The translations under genes and the position numbers were made by a program. Under the pieces are notes generated by a model. That model saw only the letters and a list, made by a program, of their open reading frames with translations. It had not been told where the DNA came from and did no database searches. From an uncultured Solirubrobacterales bacterium (GTDB lineage: Bacteria; Actinomycetota; Thermoleophilia; Solirubrobacterales; Solirubrobacteraceae), in assembly GCA_963776985.1 (NCBI GenBank), contig CAVZOV010000002.1, positions 1,058,338 to 1,122,337 on the forward strand: a stretch of DNA of 64,000 bases, written 5' to 3'. Shown here piece after piece: positions 8,915 through 17,758 of this stretch. The number at the start of each line of letters is the position of its first letter. Position 1 is the first letter of the stretch.

Positions 8915-10414
8915 TCAATCCGCAGCGCCGCCGTGCAGCTCGCGCATCACTGGAAACGGTGCCACCTCGCGCAACGTCTCGTGTCCAGTGAGAATCATCA
9001 GCAGGCGATCCACGCCCATTCCGCCACTGGCGGACGGCGCAAGGCCATACTCCAGTGCGCGCACATACTCCTCGTCGTGGGGGTGTGGCGCGTCGTCGTC
9101 ATCCGCGCGGCGCTGCTTGCGCTGCTCGACGAAGCGCTCGCGCTGCTCGACAGGGTCGTTGACCTCCGAGTCGCCGCTGACCAGCTCGATACCGCCGATC
9201 ACGGCGTCGAAGTGCTCGGCCAGGCGCGGGTCTTGCGCGTGGGCCTTGGTGATCGGAAACGACTCCAGCGGGAAGTCGTAAACGTGCGTGGGTTGGTTGA
9301 GCGTCGGCTCCACGAGCTTTGAGTACACGGCCTGAACAGTCTGTGCCCAGCTCGCGTCGGGGTGGATCTTGCCCTCAAGCAGCGCCGCCAGCTCCTCGCG
9401 CTCGGCCGCCAGGAAGTCGACGCCCGTCACGCGCAGGATCTCCGCTTGCATGGTCGTGTTGTGCCACGGCTTTGCCAGATCGATCTGCTCGCCGCCGCGC
9501 TCGATCGTTGTCGTGCCGAGCACATGCCGGGCGACGTAAGCGACCATCTCTTCGGTGAAGGTCGCGACGTCTTTGTGATCGGCGTAGGCCATCAGCCACT
9601 CGAGCATCGTGAACTCAGGGCTGTGCCGGTAGGAGATGCCCTCGTTGCGAAAGCACTTGCCGAGGTCATACACATTCTCAAGCCCACCGATCAGACAGCG
9701 GTTGAGATACAGCTCCACGGAGATTCGCAGCGACATCTCCTGGTCGAGCGCGTTGTGGTGAGTCAGAAACGGTCGCGCCGACGCTCCGCCCGCAAGCGAT
9801 TGCAGGACGGGAGTTTCGACCTCGATGAAGCCGCGCTCGGCCATGAAAGCGCGCAGTGCGTCGATCGTCTTCGCGCGCGTCACGAACAGTTCGCGTGTGC
9901 TCTCGTTCGCGAGCAGGTCCAGCTCGCGATAGCGGTAGCGCGTGCCCGTATCGCCAAGCCCGTGGCGCTTGTCTGGCGGCGGCCGTAGCGCCTTCGTGAG
10001 CAAGGCGCAGCGGTGGGCGCTCAGCGCGAGCTGACCGCGCTGGGTGACGTAGATAGGGCCCTCCGCTTCGACGATGTCGCCGACGTCGAGGTCCACGGTG
10101 CGCTCGTAGGCCTCCTCGCCGAGCGTGTCGTGGCGCACCGCCAGCTGGATCTCCCCGGAGAAGTCGCGCAGGTCGATGAACGTCGTCTTGCCGTGCCCGC
10201 GTCTGGAGGTCACGCGTCCGGCGATGCGATAGCTGAAGTTGGGGTGCTCGCCCGCCTTCAGCTCGGCTGGGTCGTGCGTTTGCTGCAGCTTGGCTATCTC
10301 GGTGCGCTTCGCGGCTGGTATGTGGGGGAACGGTTCGATCCCCTGCGCTCGCAGGCGGTCCGCCTTGGCTCGCCGTTCGTGTGTAACAGCATCGTCGGGT
10401 GCGCTATCGAACAT
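8915..10414 (-). CDS. lysS: lysine--tRNA ligase, class II
   Basis: 499 aa with an OB-fold N-terminal part. Class II motifs: FRNEGISYRHSPEFTMLEW and GGMGVDRLLMIL. Confidence 0.95.
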   Translation of the reverse strand: MFDSAPDDAVTHERRAKADRLRAQGIEPFPHIPAAKRTEIAKLQQTHDPAELKAGEHPNFSYRIAGRVTSRRGHGKTTFIDLRDFSGEIQLAVRHDTLGEEAYERTVDLDVGDIVEAEGPIYVTQRGQLALSAHRCALLTKALRPPPDKRHGLGDTGTRYRYRELDLLANESTRELFVTRAKTIDALRAFMAERGFIEVETPVLQSLAGGASARPFLTHHNALDQEMSLRISVELYLNRCLIGGLENVYDLGKCFRNEGISYRHSPEFTMLEWLMAYADHKDVATFTEEMVAYVARHVLGTTTIERGGEQIDLAKPWHNTTMQAEILRVTGVDFLAAEREELAALLEGKIHPDASWAQTVQAVYSKLVEPTLNQPTHVYDFPLESFPITKAHAQDPRLAEHFDAVIGGIELVSGDSEVNDPVEQRERFVEQRKQRRADDDDAPHPHDEEYVRALEYGLAPSASGGMGVDRLLMILTGHETLREVAPFPVMRELHGGAAD

Positions 10415-10562
10415 CCTGGATCACCAGCATGACGGTACCATCGCGCCCCGCGCCAAGTCCGTTTGCGCTCGATGGGGGAGCGGCGTGTGTGTCACCTCCG
10501 CGCTAGCTCGCGCTTGTGTTTTTACAGTGGTGTTTCTGTAGGCGAGCGTCGATGATGCCCTC

Positions 10563-11060
10563 GTGCGACACACCGGCGACCCCGAAATCGACGAGCAGGT
10601 GGCGGCGTTCGGTGAGAACATGCGCGCCGCTCGCCTGCGTGCCGAGCTATCGCAGGTCGCGCTGTCAGAGGCAACGCAGCTCGATCGTGCCGCGATCAGC
10701 TTCCTGGAGCGGGCTGAGCGCTCGCCTGATCTTTCGACGCTGGTGCGCATCGCCAGCGCGCTCGCCGTGGCGCCCGCCGCGCTGCTTGACGGTATCGGTT
10801 CGGCTGGCGCGCGCACGTCCGGTCCGCCCGCCGATCCGCACATCAGCACCGAGCCGGCGTCGCTGCTCGGTGGCAACCTGCGCGCCGCCCGCGTGCACGC
10901 CGCGCTCTCTCAGGAGGCGCTCGCCTACGAGGCCGAAGTCGATCGCGCCGCCATCAGCGTTTACGAGCGCGGAGGCCGCGGGCCCAACCTGCGCACCGTG
11001 CTCAAGCTCGCGCGCGCTCTCGGGCTGCGTCCGGCGGCTTTGTTCGCGGGAGTCAGGTAG
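10563..11060 (+). CDS. XRE-family transcriptional regulator with two HTH_3 domains
   Basis: Two repeats of the Cro/C1 HTH pattern (FGENMRAARLRAELSQVALSEATQLDRAAISFLERAERSPDLSTL; LGGNLRAARVHAALSQEALAYEAEVDRAAISVYERGGRGPNLRTV). Non-ATG start in track. Close paralogue at 41944-42504. Confidence 0.75.
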   Translation: MRHTGDPEIDEQVAAFGENMRAARLRAELSQVALSEATQLDRAAISFLERAERSPDLSTLVRIASALAVAPAALLDGIGSAGARTSGPPADPHISTEPASLLGGNLRAARVHAALSQEALAYEAEVDRAAISVYERGGRGPNLRTVLKLARALGLRPAALFAGVR

Positions 11061-11213
11061 TCGGACGCGCGAGGTCGCAGCCCGGCGCATGTGAGGTAGC
11101 GTGGGCTCTGACGTAGCCGGGCGCGGAGCGTGCCAGGGTCAAGGATTGCGGACGCGGGCATAGCCGGGCGCGGAGAGCGGCATAGGGGCAAGGATCCCGG
11201 GCGCGGATGTCGC

Positions 11214-11480
11214 TCAGAAGCTCAGCTCGGCGGCGCGTATGGCGGCTCGGCTCGGCTTGAACTGGTTGCCCTCCCGCGTCGCCAGGTTGGCTTCGAGTAG
11301 GACGTCCAGCGCTGCTTCGGTTTCGTTTAGTTCTGATGTGTTGGTGGGGTCCCGCTCGCATGCGCTTGCGAGTTCGGCAACGGTCATGCCCTCGCGTCCT
11401 TCGTTCACGAGGGCGTGCAACGCCACCGCCGCGAGTGCGTCCGGGTGTTGGGAGCCCTGGGCGTCTTGTGAATTCGCCAC
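11214..11480 (-). CDS. hypothetical small protein (possible winged-helix)
   Basis: 88-aa ORF with good third-position GC. No motif recognised beyond an HTH-like MTVAELASAC segment. Confidence 0.4.
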   Translation of the reverse strand: MANSQDAQGSQHPDALAAVALHALVNEGREGMTVAELASACERDPTNTSELNETEAALDVLLEANLATREGNQFKPSRAAIRAAELSF

Positions 11481-11655
11481 ATTTCGAAACTACACGACGG
11501 AGCGGTCGAATGCGCCGTGGGGGAGTGGCGTAGGCGTGCCGCATGAGCACCCGACCGCAATTCGGCTGCCCGACGCAATTCGGCCGCGGTTCACCGTACG
11601 GTCGTAAGTATGGCCTGCCCTGACCTGCTACTCGGCCGTGCCCGCGTCCGACTTG

Positions 11656-13254
11656 CTATTCGGGTGCGGCCCCCGTCTCGCGCTCGACCTTCCAGCCGGC
11701 GTTCAGCGGGCTCAGGAAATAGGGGGGCTCGTCGGTAGCGAGGCGTTCGTCGTAGTTGTAGTTCTTGATGTACCCGGTGCCGCCCGATGTGCCGACCGGG
11801 CCACGGAACTTTTGGGCGACCGCGCCATATATGTTCAGTTCGCCCAGGTTTTCGCCGCAGCCGAAGTTGTCGACCACGAATGAGTGGCTGGTGGAGAGGA
11901 TCGCCGCGTAGATCCACGGGTTGGTCAGCGAGCCGCTGGCGTTGCCACAGCCTCCGCGTCCTTCTTCTTTGATCGGGTGATAGACGCGAACGTATTCGGT
12001 CGCGATCAGGCCGAGCGTGGTCGTACCGGACGGTTCGGTGCCAAGTTTGCCTTCGACGCTGGTGGGGTAGACGCTGCCGTTGACGATGAGGTTGTCTTCA
12101 GCGGCGATCGTCAACGATTCGCTATACGTACCCTTGACGTACACGTTCCCGCATTCGTTCTCTTTGCTGGTCTCGTTGCTTTCGTCCGATTCTTCTGGGG
12201 TGTAGGTATACCCGCAGCCTTCGCCGGTCTGCACGTAGATCAAGCCGTTTTTGGGCCATTTGATCGCTTTGAGTTTTTCAAGTTTTTTCGTCGTTTTGTT
12301 GTAGTTGGTAACGGCGATTTCTTTGGTTGTGCCGTTCAGTTCCAGGTAGGTGACGCCAGTGAACTTGTCTTCTTCTTCCACATACGAGCGCAAGCTTTTG
12401 TCGCTTTCTGGGGCCTTGAGTTCTTCGCCTTTGGTGGGTTCTTTCTTGAGATCGTTGTATGTCGGTTCGGACCCTTTGGCGCAAGCTGGCCAGGTACCGC
12501 CGTTGATTTCCACAGAGTCGGTATGTCCCGGGCGCCCAAAGTTGAGTTCTTTGCTACAGGTCACATTGGTTGCATCGTCGGTGTGAAACGGGCCGTTAAC
12601 GCTGTCTTCCTTGGCAAAAAGGATCGTCTGGCATTTCGCACCGGTTTTGGTTCGTTCGGCATAATATTTTTCGCATTCGGTCGTCGAATCGCCGGCGATC
12701 GTGGGATCCTCGACTTCGTATTGGGTGAAGTACACGTAGTTGAGGAAGCCGATGACGTGGAAGGTGGCGATCACCGTGCGCTTGTCCGTGCCGGCGTAGC
12801 CCGTCGATTCGATCCGGAAGGTGTTGGCCAGCGCACCCGTCGATTGGATCATCGAGCCAAACGGGTTGGTTGTCAGGCATTCTTTGGTGCCGCCCGGCGC
12901 GGTACTCGCCACCAGCAGTTTGATCGTGTAGTGGCCGTTGTATTCGTTTTCCTTGGTTTCGTACGATTCTTTGCCTTTAGACAGCAGGTTTGAGGGCGTT
13001 TTGCACGTCTCCCAGTAATCGGGGTTGCTCTGCAGCTGATACTCGTACTCCTGCACGCCACCAAGCGCGGCGTAGTAAGCCTGCTTTTGGATGATTTCGT
13101 TGCGCGATAGCTTGGCGTCTCCAGTTACGGCGGTGTAGGAGGCGACCAGCAGTAGGCCTGTGACGATCATCACGCCCAGCGCGATGATCATCGTAAACCC
13201 GTCCTCGGAGCGGGCGCGGGTGCGTAGTCGGTTGAGCGTTTTGATCATTCGCAT
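11656..13254 (-). CDS. large PilX/GspK-like minor pseudopilin (prepilin-type N-terminus lacking Glu5)
   Basis: N-terminus RSEDG|FTMIIALGVMIVTGLLLVASY matches a class-III signal followed by a hydrophobic helix, with no Glu at +5 as in PilX/GspK-type proteins. 532 aa, low GC. Confidence 0.7.
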   Translation of the reverse strand: MRMIKTLNRLRTRARSEDGFTMIIALGVMIVTGLLLVASYTAVTGDAKLSRNEIIQKQAYYAALGGVQEYEYQLQSNPDYWETCKTPSNLLSKGKESYETKENEYNGHYTIKLLVASTAPGGTKECLTTNPFGSMIQSTGALANTFRIESTGYAGTDKRTVIATFHVIGFLNYVYFTQYEVEDPTIAGDSTTECEKYYAERTKTGAKCQTILFAKEDSVNGPFHTDDATNVTCSKELNFGRPGHTDSVEINGGTWPACAKGSEPTYNDLKKEPTKGEELKAPESDKSLRSYVEEEDKFTGVTYLELNGTTKEIAVTNYNKTTKKLEKLKAIKWPKNGLIYVQTGEGCGYTYTPEESDESNETSKENECGNVYVKGTYSESLTIAAEDNLIVNGSVYPTSVEGKLGTEPSGTTTLGLIATEYVRVYHPIKEEGRGGCGNASGSLTNPWIYAAILSTSHSFVVDNFGCGENLGELNIYGAVAQKFRGPVGTSGGTGYIKNYNYDERLATDEPPYFLSPLNAGWKVERETGAAPE

Positions 13255-14042
13255 GGCTTTGCTTCGATCGGGGTTTCGGCGTTGGGCACGCTAAAGGACA
13301 GGGTCACAAGTGTTTTGAGGTCTGTGCTGCGAGCTTCGGTTACGTTTTTGTCAACGGGTCCCTGGCGGAAGTTGATTTCCACGGCAGCGGCTTCTTCCGC
13401 GCCTTTGGCGGTGAGGATGTTTTCGGCGCCTTTGGTTTCCAGGCCGATCTGTTTCAGCGTGCTGAGGCCTTCTGTTTCGGAGCTTAGTTTGCTGGCTTCC
13501 TTACTATATTTATAGTACTGAAACATCGGTTCGATTTCAGTTTCTTTTCCTTTGACGGGGTTCTCCCATATGTGTTCCCCAAGGCGCGTTTCTGTCTTTG
13601 TCGCGGGAAATGTGAATTTGGGCCAAGTTCCGCCATTGCTTTGGTATGTCCTGTTGACGAGTAGTCCAGTGCTCTTTTGCCACACGATTTCATGCTTGTA
13701 GGCGGTCGAGATTTCCGCTTCTTTGCTGTACGCGTTGATGAATACGAGCTTAGCTTCGCTATTGCTTGTGGTTTCCATGCTGCCTACCTGGATCGGAACG
13801 AATTCCGAGGCGATGCAGGCCGAGTGCAGTTCTCCCACAACCTTTGTCATCGTGGTTCTGCCGATCTGGGTCGCTTGTACAACATCGGTGACGCGCGCGG
13901 CCTGCTGAACGGAGACATCGAGGATTGCATACAGGGCGCCGACGACAACCACGGCGCTGAACATCGCCACCAGCGTTTCGATTAGCGTGAAGCCATGCTG
14001 GTCGCGGCGGAGGCTGGCTAGTGTGGGGCGCGATGGTCTCAT
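13245..14042 (-). CDS. prepilin-type N-terminal cleavage/methylation domain protein (PilW-like minor pilin)
   Basis: N-terminus RRDQHG|FTLIETLVAMFSAVVVVGALYAIL is the canonical G|FTLIE motif. Overlaps both neighbouring pilin-like ORFs. Confidence 0.75.
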   Translation of the reverse strand: MRPSRPTLASLRRDQHGFTLIETLVAMFSAVVVVGALYAILDVSVQQAARVTDVVQATQIGRTTMTKVVGELHSACIASEFVPIQVGSMETTSNSEAKLVFINAYSKEAEISTAYKHEIVWQKSTGLLVNRTYQSNGGTWPKFTFPATKTETRLGEHIWENPVKGKETEIEPMFQYYKYSKEASKLSSETEGLSTLKQIGLETKGAENILTAKGAEEAAAVEINFRQGPVDKNVTEARSTDLKTLVTLSFSVPNAETPIEAKPCE

Positions 14043-15655
14043 CAGCAGGAAGACGCTTTCGCTACCGTTATCGAGTCTTTGCTTCCGAGTGAGGTGTACG
14101 TTTCTTCTTTTTGTTTGAGGTAGATCGTGTCGCTGTGTTCGGTCGTCGAGTTGAGGTTTGCTTCGAACGTGTAGGTATGTTTTTCCGCCGGGTTATAGAG
14201 ACACACCTGCTCCTTACCAAACGGCTGGAAGGGGTGTTCTAGATGCCCGAGCGTCGTGGTTTCCTGCGTATGTTCGAGGTTGGCGGCCGAAGCGTTGCTG
14301 GGGACGGGGGCTTTGGCGCAGGTCGTGTTGGTGATCTTTACTTTGTAGGCTGTGCTCGCAAGTGCGCCCTGGGCCGCGCTGGTGCCGGTGTAGACGTTGA
14401 CCTGTAGGTAGGTCATGGGTATGTTGACGCCAGTCGTCGTTTCGCCAATCGTCGTTTCCCCATGGTTTACGGTAGCTTTGCCGTCTGTAACGACGCTGTC
14501 GATGCTGTTGGCGTTGTTTTCCTTGCAGTCGCCGGCATACACGATCCAGTACTTTTTGGTCGCGAGCGAGGGAAACGGGAACAGGTCGCCTTTCGTATAT
14601 CCCGTGCCCATCGGCGTTGTTGCGTTGATTCCGTAGGTGCCGGTGACAGGCTTGTACTTGTGTTCGCCACTGGCTTCGTATTCGAATTTAGTGGCGCCGA
14701 CCGTAAATTCGTTGGCACTGGTGGCTTCTTCGAATGCGGCCACAAATGTGTCGCCGGTGACGGTTTCCACTCTGCCTTCGTGTGTAAAGGTCGAGCTTTC
14801 GGTGCCGGCGGGTGGCGTGTACATAAATTTTGCCGTGATCGCGCCGCCTTCGTTGAGCACTACCGCGTCATGCGTCGTGATGTTCGGAGCGATCGTGACT
14901 TCCTTAGGCGGCACTTTGACCGCGCCGCTGGTTGTGACATAGCCAGGTATTTCTTTGATTTCGACTTTTGCCGAGGTCGAGGGGATGCCGCCGAACACGA
15001 CGCAGCCTGCCGTGCCAGTCGTCCCTTCGAGATTGGTTGCTTCGGTGGCTTCGACCCCCGTATATTTCACGAGGGTGGTGACGCCCGCGAGCGGTTCTTC
15101 GGGGCTCCAGCCGTTGGTCGCGTCGACCTCGAGCGCCGATCCGTCGGGCGGCGTGATGATGCTCGACTCGGTTACCGGTTCGCGTTTCGCGGCTTTTATT
15201 TGGGGCCAGGTGACGCTTGACGTGACGCGGAGGTAGTCGCCGTCGCCCTTGGAGCTGGATTCGCTGGCGGCGGTCGCCAGGCAGTCGGAACTGGGTTTCG
15301 ATTCGTTGACGTAGACTGCGGCCTGCGTAATCGTGTATACGGTGCCATCGACGTTCTTGGTGACGTAGTTGCGCATCGCTTTGGAGGTACCGGCGAGCAG
15401 GTTGAGCGTGCTGGCCGGGTCGCTGCGCAGCTGCTGCTGGGACTCTTCGGCCAGCTGCGCGGCCACATTGTGGAAACGCTGGTCGGCGGAGACGCGGTCG
15501 ATGACCTGAAAGCCCGTGAGGGTGCCAACCACGATCAGCGCGACGAACAGCGACGTGATCACCACTTCGATCAGCGTCAGCCCGTCCTCGCGTCGCGCGA
15601 TATTTCGAAAGATTGTGCGGAATGTCACAAGCGTGTCCCTGTTGTGTCTGGACAC
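14042..15655 (-). CDS. large prepilin-type N-terminal domain protein (PilV/FimT-like minor pilin with long Thr-rich C-terminal region)
   Basis: N-terminus ARREDG|LTLIEVVITSLFVALIVVGTLTGF with Glu at +5. 537 aa, GTG start at 15655. Confidence 0.7.
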   Translation of the reverse strand: MSRHNRDTLVTFRTIFRNIARREDGLTLIEVVITSLFVALIVVGTLTGFQVIDRVSADQRFHNVAAQLAEESQQQLRSDPASTLNLLAGTSKAMRNYVTKNVDGTVYTITQAAVYVNESKPSSDCLATAASESSSKGDGDYLRVTSSVTWPQIKAAKREPVTESSIITPPDGSALEVDATNGWSPEEPLAGVTTLVKYTGVEATEATNLEGTTGTAGCVVFGGIPSTSAKVEIKEIPGYVTTSGAVKVPPKEVTIAPNITTHDAVVLNEGGAITAKFMYTPPAGTESSTFTHEGRVETVTGDTFVAAFEEATSANEFTVGATKFEYEASGEHKYKPVTGTYGINATTPMGTGYTKGDLFPFPSLATKKYWIVYAGDCKENNANSIDSVVTDGKATVNHGETTIGETTTGVNIPMTYLQVNVYTGTSAAQGALASTAYKVKITNTTCAKAPVPSNASAANLEHTQETTTLGHLEHPFQPFGKEQVCLYNPAEKHTYTFEANLNSTTEHSDTIYLKQKEETYTSLGSKDSITVAKASSC

Positions 15656-15763
15656 CTTTTCGACCGAACGGCCGAGTTGCTTGAGTCTTGGGCCGGGCGG
15701 TCGAATACGCGCGCTTTGTGGTCGGGCGACGCGTCGCCCGACCGGGATGCCTGGGCTACGGCG

Positions 15764-16444
15764 CTACTGGTTCAGCGCGAGCGTTTCGAGCAACGTGTTC
15801 CAGTCGTCCTGGCCGTGCACGAATTCGAGTTCTTCAAATCTATGTGCTTCGCGTTCGACGCGAACCATCAGAGCTTGGTCGGCGGAGGCGAGGTAAGGCG
15901 CGAGTAGTTTCCGAGGAAGTTCCTTGATTTCGATGGCTTCCACCTGCCGATCAAACTGTTCGGTGTCGGTCGGTACCGTCCTGTAGTCGCTCGCGACCCA
16001 AGCACGCGTATCCGCACACAGGTCTGGCACGGACAGGACGGTCATCGCGTGCAGATTCCGCGCATACGTGCGGGCGGCACGAGTAATCCGGGGATTGCTC
16101 CATTTCAATGGATCGACCGCGTGCAGGAACCGACGAGCGATCGCCGCATCCGCGCGATAAGAGGTCGCCCACAGCGCGCCGATGACCTCGTCGCTCAGCT
16201 TCTGCTCCTCCCCGCTCTGCGGGGAGCCAGCGCCCACGTCCGGGCATTCGGCCTGCAGACCCAGGTCGAGTCGGTGGATGCCGGCTTCGACCGTCGGCCA
16301 CCCGCTCACAACCGCGTGAAGCGCAGCGTAGGATGCGACCAGGTAGGCGTGCGTGGACGCAGCGTCCCGTGGCGTCGTCGAAGCGGTCGCGGGCACAGCC
16401 CCCACCGCAAGCACCGCCAAAGCTATCGCAAGGCATCTCAGCAT
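15764..16444 (-). CDS. hypothetical secreted protein
   Basis: Track ORF trimmed to ATG 16444, giving a signal peptide MLRCLAIALAVLAVGAVPATA. No family recognised. Confidence 0.5.
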   Translation of the reverse strand: MLRCLAIALAVLAVGAVPATASTTPRDAASTHAYLVASYAALHAVVSGWPTVEAGIHRLDLGLQAECPDVGAGSPQSGEEQKLSDEVIGALWATSYRADAAIARRFLHAVDPLKWSNPRITRAARTYARNLHAMTVLSVPDLCADTRAWVASDYRTVPTDTEQFDRQVEAIEIKELPRKLLAPYLASADQALMVRVEREAHRFEELEFVHGQDDWNTLLETLALNQ

Positions 16445-16612
16445 CCCCGCCCAAGGGTATCCTAGAAAGTGCTCCGATCCGCCGATACCGGGGGTCCTGC
16501 GGTTGTTGGTCCTTGCGTGGTCGAGTGCGCTCTCGCGCATGGCCGTGTAGAGTCTGTCGGGCGTTCACGAGCGCCTGAGGCACTCGGAATGGCCTGCAAA
16601 CCAGGCAGTTCT

Positions 16613-16683
16613 GGGGGACTGGTGTAACGGTAACATGGGGGTCTCCAAAACCCTTGCTCGAGGTTCGATTCCTCGGTCCCCCG
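16613..16683 (+). tRNA. tRNA-Trp (anticodon CCA)
   Basis: Acceptor GGGGGAC/GTCCCCC, anticodon stem GGGGT/ACCCT with loop CTCCAAA, T-arm CGAGG-TTCGATT-CCTCG. 71 nt with short D and variable loops. Confidence 0.85.
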
Positions 16684-16845
16684 TTGGTGTGCGAACTGCT
16701 TCGCTTCGAGCGGGGGTGGTGTTGGTTGGTTCGGAGACGGCCTGGCAGGGTGGTCTATCGCATCGACGACGCAATCCCGATGTGTCGGTACTTGACGTTG
16801 CGCATCGGGCGGATATCCACCGACCGCGGTGAGCGATGGCCCAGG

Positions 16846-17721
16846 TCACAAACGGTGAGTCTCGGCCCGCTTGAGGAGAAGCAGGTAGAGGTGTTCCTGG
16901 GTGGCTGCTGGGAAGGGTCGCAGTGCGCCGCTGCTGGACATCGAAACCTCGGCTGGACCGTAGACAAAACCAAGGATGTCGATGTAGTAGGACAGCTTGA
17001 TGTGGTGGATAACGACTGTTGCCTTGATTCGCCACCAGAAACTTCCCGTCGCGCCGGGAGCGGGAGGAGTGCCGTCCGATATCGACAGCGAGATCGAGTT
17101 TGGGTTGACGATGGTCCGGGAGCCCTGACTCTTGATGATCTGATACTTGAGGAGTAGCTCGAGATAGTGCGAAAGGCACCCCCGGACGTGGTTGCCACGC
17201 ATTGCCGACAGCTCCTTGGCGGCCAGGGCCGGGGTTTGCGCGACACTGACTTCGGAACTCACACTGAAGTGCAGGATCGCGTGTTCGAGCTTGAAGTCCT
17301 TTGAGTTCTCTTCGGCGAGATCCGTGGGGGAGTTCGCGGACTTCCCCACGCAGTCCGTCAGTTCGCGTTCGAGTCGCTTTTCCACCGCCGTTTTATGTTC
17401 GTTTTTGTGTCTTGCCGTTGCCGTGAAACCGGGCACGTCCGCAGCGGTGAGGTTGACCGCGCGAGCGAATGCGATCGCCTGTGCCTTGGTGAGCGGTCTA
17501 ACCGTGTCGGCTCGTTCCCCCGTTTCGGGTGACGTGCGCGAATTGGTCGTGGTTGCCATGCTTGCCGCTGTTGAGGTGGTCGGATGGTCACTCTTTCCGC
17601 ATGCAGCAAGGACCCAGGTCATCGCCACGAGCGCAAGGATGACGACCGGTCGGCAGAGCACCGGGCGCATTCTGTCAGACGGCGCGGAGAGCCCCGATCG
17701 GACTGCTGCCAGCGCGCGCAA
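16846..17721 (-). CDS. hypothetical lipoprotein (paralogue of 33569-34231)
   Basis: Lipobox VLAAC|GKS after a hydrophobic segment. An alternative start at 17670 is possible. Shares blocks with the island lipoprotein (AQAIAFARAVNL vs AQALAYAHAVNL; LLKRAETHRL vs LYKRAEAYKL). Confidence 0.6.
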   Translation of the reverse strand: MRALAAVRSGLSAPSDRMRPVLCRPVVILALVAMTWVLAACGKSDHPTTSTAASMATTTNSRTSPETGERADTVRPLTKAQAIAFARAVNLTAADVPGFTATARHKNEHKTAVEKRLERELTDCVGKSANSPTDLAEENSKDFKLEHAILHFSVSSEVSVAQTPALAAKELSAMRGNHVRGCLSHYLELLLKYQIIKSQGSRTIVNPNSISLSISDGTPPAPGATGSFWWRIKATVVIHHIKLSYYIDILGFVYGPAEVSMSSSGALRPFPAATQEHLYLLLLKRAETHRL

Positions 17722-17758
17722 GCTCGGGGTTCGATCCTTCAGTCCCCGCTTCGCACTG

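Noticed and set aside
11884-12993. 369-aa plus-strand ORF inside the pilin region
   Set aside because: It is antisense shadow of the PilX-like gene. The translation is dominated by F/G/V/R repeats with no motif, whereas the minus-strand frame has a clear prepilin N-terminus.
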